A DNA stretch of 64,000 bases, taken from positions 5,231 through 69,230 of the forward strand of contig CAYTGU010000009.1 in assembly GCA_964437505.1 (NCBI GenBank). Direction: 5' to 3'. Source of the DNA: an uncultured bacterium (GTDB lineage Bacteria > JAHJDO01). The notes beneath the pieces are model-generated. The model was not told where the DNA came from. It did not search any database and saw only the letters and a program-made list of their open reading frames with translations. A program made the translations under genes and the position numbers. Shown here in pieces: positions 60,612 through 64,000 of the stretch. Numbering within the stretch: the stretch's first letter is position 1; each line of letters starts with the position of its first letter.

Positions 60612-61721
60612 TTACTTCCTTGATAAGTTTCTGAGAATTTCTATGCCTTTATAAAGCACTTTATTTTCTGCAGCGTAACAGATGCGAAAATGGGTATTTC
60701 TTTCTGAAAATACGCTTCCTGGTATTACTAACAAATTGTTCTCCACAGCCTTACCAACAAACTCTTCGTCAGTCACCCCATCCGGAGTCTTTACAAACAT
60801 ATAGAATGCGCCTTCTGGCTTTAATATATCAAAATAATCCTTTAAGCCATTATACATCAAATCCCTTTTCTCTTTATATGAATCTATTAAGTGAGTCGGA
60901 TTATACTCTAATGCGTTAAGTCCTGCATATTGAACAATTGAAGGAGCGCAAACAAAAGTATATTGCTGCAATTTAATCATCTCATCAAGCAGCCATTTCG
61001 GCCCTCCGGCCCAGCCAAGTCTCCACCCCGTCATAGCGTAGGTCTTTGAGAACCCATTTAGCACTAATGTGTTTTCATAGATTTCTGCAATTGAAACAGA
61101 ATCTTCCCCATAAACAAACTCATTATAAATTTCATCCGAAATTATAAGAATATTGTGTTTGTTAGCTATGTCAGCAAGATTTTTTAACTGATCTTTGCTA
61201 TATACAGCACCTGTCGGGTTGCATGGACTGTTTATTACAATAATTTTAGTTTTCCTAGATATAGCCTGCTCAACCTTATCAACAGAAATATTAAATGACG
61301 GATATGTATCTATAAACACAGGAACTCCACCAACTATCCTGATCAGGTGTTTGTACATTACAAAATAAGGGTCAAACACAATAACTTCATCGCCTGGATT
61401 AATAAGACACATAAAAGCCAGTAGAAGCAGTCCTGATGTGCCGGAACTGATCATTATCTCCTCAAGATTTATATTCCTTTTCTCTTTTTGCTGAGCCTTA
61501 ATCTTTCCCCTCAACTCAGGTATACCCTGAGTAAGCGTATACTTATTTAATCCACTTTGAATTGCTTCTATAGCAGCTCTTTTGACCTCTTCCGGCACAT
61601 CAAAATGCGGCTGACCTATACTCAGATTTACCGGGTTCTTTAATTTAGAAGCCAAAGCAAAAACCTTCCTTATTCCAGAAGAATCTATTAAGGACATTCT
61701 CTCAGCAATTGCACTGTTCAT
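60612..61721 (-). CDS. pyridoxal-phosphate-dependent aminotransferase, class I (AspC-like)
   Basis: NPCNPTGAVY and GFSKTYAMTGWRLGW (PLP lysine). Confidence 0.75.
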   Translation of the reverse strand: MNSAIAERMSLIDSSGIRKVFALASKLKNPVNLSIGQPHFDVPEEVKRAAIEAIQSGLNKYTLTQGIPELRGKIKAQQKEKRNINLEEIMISSGTSGLLLLAFMCLINPGDEVIVFDPYFVMYKHLIRIVGGVPVFIDTYPSFNISVDKVEQAISRKTKIIVINSPCNPTGAVYSKDQLKNLADIANKHNILIISDEIYNEFVYGEDSVSIAEIYENTLVLNGFSKTYAMTGWRLGWAGGPKWLLDEMIKLQQYTFVCAPSIVQYAGLNALEYNPTHLIDSYKEKRDLMYNGLKDYFDILKPEGAFYMFVKTPDGVTDEEFVGKAVENNLLVIPGSVFSERNTHFRICYAAENKVLYKGIEILRNLSRK

Positions 61722-61725
61722 TAAG

Positions 61726-62271
61726 CTACTCCTCTAATAATTTTAAAATAGCAGGTTCCAATATATCCAGTTTTTGCAAGCCAAATCCCTTTCCATATAT
61801 TCTGCCTTGCCTATCAATTATAAATATGGTCGGAAAACTTCTAATACCTCCATACAACTCATATACATACTTCTCTCCTATGAGAACTTTGTACGTTATG
61901 CCAAATTTTTTTCTAAACAAGTTTACAGGATACAAACTCCCTTCATCCATTACAATTGCCAGAATCACAACACCCCGCCTGCTATAAACGCTCTGTATGT
62001 ACTGTAAATACTCTGCCTGTTTTTTTGAAAGAGGATCCCAACTATACCAGAACTCCAGAATAACAACTTTGCCAATAAATGAAGAAAGAGATACTCTATC
62101 ACCATCAATACTCATTAACGCAAAATCCGGAGCCTGCGGATGTTTATTAAGTGTTACTCGTTGCTTACTCCTGGCACATGATGTAATAAGGAAACATACA
62201 TACACTGCCAACGCAAATCCAAAAACTAAATTTTTAATTTGCTTATTCTGTAACTGCCTGAATGGAATCAT
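61726..62271 (-). CDS. TlpA/thioredoxin-like fold protein lacking the CxxC active site (WDPLS in place of WCxPC), with signal peptide or N-terminal anchor
   Basis: GKVVILEFWYSWDPLSKKQAEYL aligns to the TlpA/ResA FWASWCGPCR with both cysteines replaced. Confidence 0.6.
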   Translation of the reverse strand: MIPFRQLQNKQIKNLVFGFALAVYVCFLITSCARSKQRVTLNKHPQAPDFALMSIDGDRVSLSSFIGKVVILEFWYSWDPLSKKQAEYLQYIQSVYSRRGVVILAIVMDEGSLYPVNLFRKKFGITYKVLIGEKYVYELYGGIRSFPTIFIIDRQGRIYGKGFGLQKLDILEPAILKLLEE

Positions 62272-63592
62272 AGATTATCTTTAGAATCTGGCCAAGTTCC
62301 TTAATTCTAATACTCAATGGAGGTATTAAAACAATGACATCTTCCAGAGGACGAATAATCAATCCTCTTTTTCTAGCCTCCAGAATCACTTTATGCCCTA
62401 TTTGCGCTCCTGAAGGATATTGTTTCCGTCTATCCTTGTCCTCAACCAACTCAATTCCTATTATCATCCCCTTTTGTCTGATATCTCCTACATGAGCCAA
62501 CTTATTAAATCCTTTAAGCCCTATTTGTAAAAATTCTATCTTTTCTTCCAGAGATTCAAGAACTCTGTCTTCTTCAAAAATCCTTATATTTGCCAGCGCA
62601 GCCGCGCAGGCAAGAGAGTTTCCACTATAACTATGCCCGTGATAGAAAGTCCTATGCTCATCGTATTCACCTAAAAACTGATTATATATTTCTTCTGTAG
62701 TTAATGTGGCTGCCAGAGGAAGATATCCACCTGTTATCCCCTTAGACATGACCATAATGTCTGGTCTCACCTTTTCATGTTCACAAGCAAACATCTTTCC
62801 AGTTCTACCAAAACCCGTAGCTACTTCGTCTGCTATTAATAACACTCCGTACTTTTTACACAATTTGCTTACTGCCTTTAGAAAACCCTTTGGAGCTACT
62901 ATAATCCCTCCTGCACATTGCACCAACGGCTCTATAATCACACCAATGATTTTCCCGTGTTTTTGCTCCAATATATTTTCTAATCTTCCTAAACAAGCCA
63001 TATTACATAGCCGAAATGTTTTTGAGCATCTGTAACAATGTGGATATGGTACTTTAAAGCTGTTAAATAAAAGAGGTTTATATTTCTTATGAAAGATGTC
63101 CATACCGCCAACGCTAACAGCGCCTAAAGTATCCCCGTGATATCCTCCGACAAAGGAGACAAACTTGTTTTTTTGAGATTCTCCTTTCTGCTGCCAGTAT
63201 TGAAAACTTATTTTCAGGGCTATCTCTACTCCTGTAGAACCATTATCCGAGAAAAACACCCTTTTAAGATTTGGAGGTGTAATCTCAACAAGTTTTTTTG
63301 CCAGACATATTGTCTGTGTATTGGACAACCCAAGAAGTGTTGTGTGAGACACCTTCTTAATCTGTTTTATTATTGCTTTGTCTATCTCTTTTTTTCTGTG
63401 ACCGTGAATGTTAACCCAGAGAGATGAAACTCCGTCAAGATACTTTTTCCCATCAATATCAACAAGAAAAGAATCATATGCTTTCTCTATTATAACCTGC
63501 TCTTCTTTTCCGTACTCCTGCATCTGAGTAAAGGGATGCCAGATATGGTCCAGATCAATCTGCTTAAGCTTCTTTTTTATATCCTTATGCAC
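62243..63592 (-). CDS. bioA: adenosylmethionine-8-amino-7-oxononanoate aminotransferase
   Basis: DLDHIWHPFTQM N-terminus, GGYHGDT and the PLP-lysine region MVMSKGITGGYLPLAA. Confidence 0.85.
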   Translation of the reverse strand: MHKDIKKKLKQIDLDHIWHPFTQMQEYGKEEQVIIEKAYDSFLVDIDGKKYLDGVSSLWVNIHGHRKKEIDKAIIKQIKKVSHTTLLGLSNTQTICLAKKLVEITPPNLKRVFFSDNGSTGVEIALKISFQYWQQKGESQKNKFVSFVGGYHGDTLGAVSVGGMDIFHKKYKPLLFNSFKVPYPHCYRCSKTFRLCNMACLGRLENILEQKHGKIIGVIIEPLVQCAGGIIVAPKGFLKAVSKLCKKYGVLLIADEVATGFGRTGKMFACEHEKVRPDIMVMSKGITGGYLPLAATLTTEEIYNQFLGEYDEHRTFYHGHSYSGNSLACAAALANIRIFEEDRVLESLEEKIEFLQIGLKGFNKLAHVGDIRQKGMIIGIELVEDKDRRKQYPSGAQIGHKVILEARKRGLIIRPLEDVIVLIPPLSIRIKELGQILKIIYDSIQAVTE

Positions 63593-64000
63593 AATTGCCC
63601 TTAGCTATGCTTACAGCTGACTCTGCCAATACCTGACTGGAACTAATAAACGGCAGTGGAACTGTTTCCGAATCTACCACAAGTGGAATTTCAGTACATC
63701 CACCTATTATAAGTTCTGCGCCATTGTTTATAAGATCATCAATTGCATTATAAATTAGCTTCTTGCTCTTTCCTTCCAAACATCCGCATTTTATTCCTTC
63801 TCTGCCGTATATTGCTTCAGTAACCATGTCCTGCGATTTTTCATTAGGTTTGACTACATCCACACCAAAATTACCTAATTCTTTCTGGTACAACCCTGCT
63901 TTTATTGTGCCCCGCGTAGACAATAAACCTGCTTTTCTAACATTGGGAAATTCTTTGTGAATTTTTTTTGCAACTTCTCTTATCATATGAACTATTGGAA
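63585..64000 (-). CDS. Asp/Glu racemase family protein (aspartate racemase-like), C-terminal part; N-terminus beyond window end
   Basis: GIKCGCLEGKSKK...AELIIGGCTEIPLV, with the Cys in GGCTEIP typical of the Asp/Glu racemase second active-site Cys. The ORF probably continues upstream past position 64000. Confidence 0.6.
   Translation of the reverse strand, partial: PIVHMIREVAKKIHKEFPNVRKAGLLSTRGTIKAGLYQKELGNFGVDVVKPNEKSQDMVTEAIYGREGIKCGCLEGKSKKLIYNAIDDLINNGAELIIGGCTEIPLVVDSETVPLPFISSSQVLAESAVSIAKGNCA

Overview
This window is from a low-GC genome (roughly mid-30s % GC by eye) of an anaerobic, LPS-containing (Gram-negative-type) bacterium, and it is densely coding with many overlapping genes, mostly on the minus strand. 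The main blocks in order are as follows. (1) A truncated class II fructose-bisphosphate aldolase, followed by the [FeFe]-hydrogenase maturase genes hydE, hydG and hydF plus a TM1266-like small regulator. (2) An oxidative-stress cluster with desulfoferrodoxin, rubrerythrin and an Ogg-type glycosylase. (3) A roughly 11-kb, 12-gene hydrogenase operon on the minus strand that starts with rex and runs through DRTGG, CBS, GHKL-ATPase and PHP regulatory-type proteins into a multimeric NAD(P)H-linked [FeFe] hydrogenase; the hydrogenase has two NuoF-like and two NuoE-like subunits, one NuoF fused to a GltD-like domain. (4) LPS, surface and type IV pilus genes: a Wzy_C/TPR protein, an H-X9-DG pseudopilin and hldD, and later kdsB, a GT4 glycosyltransferase, lpxK, GT9 and GT2 enzymes and a pilMN-pilO-pilP-pilQ cluster. 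(5) A complete rnfCDGEAB operon. (6) Four tRNAs: a Lys-Leu-Gly cluster on the plus strand and an isolated Gly(TCC) on the minus strand. (7) Housekeeping genes: tig, clpP, rplM, rpsI, zapA, pdxA, rsmA, recJ, rpmB, nrnA, rbfA, infB, nusA, rho, coaE and a stand-alone 5'-3' exonuclease. (8) cobS, a PfkB kinase, aminotransferases including bioA, and a racemase truncated at the window end. I found no mobile elements, CRISPR arrays or prophage genes. The points I would look at again are the unusual hydrogenase module composition, a non-canonical H-cluster L1 motif in HydA, a Rex operator upstream of rex, a heptanucleotide tandem repeat inside a coding sequence, a possible 6S RNA downstream of zapA, and a secretin with a long N-terminal TPR/coiled-coil region. 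All calls rest on reading motifs in the translated ORFs and remembered family signatures; I could run no database searches.
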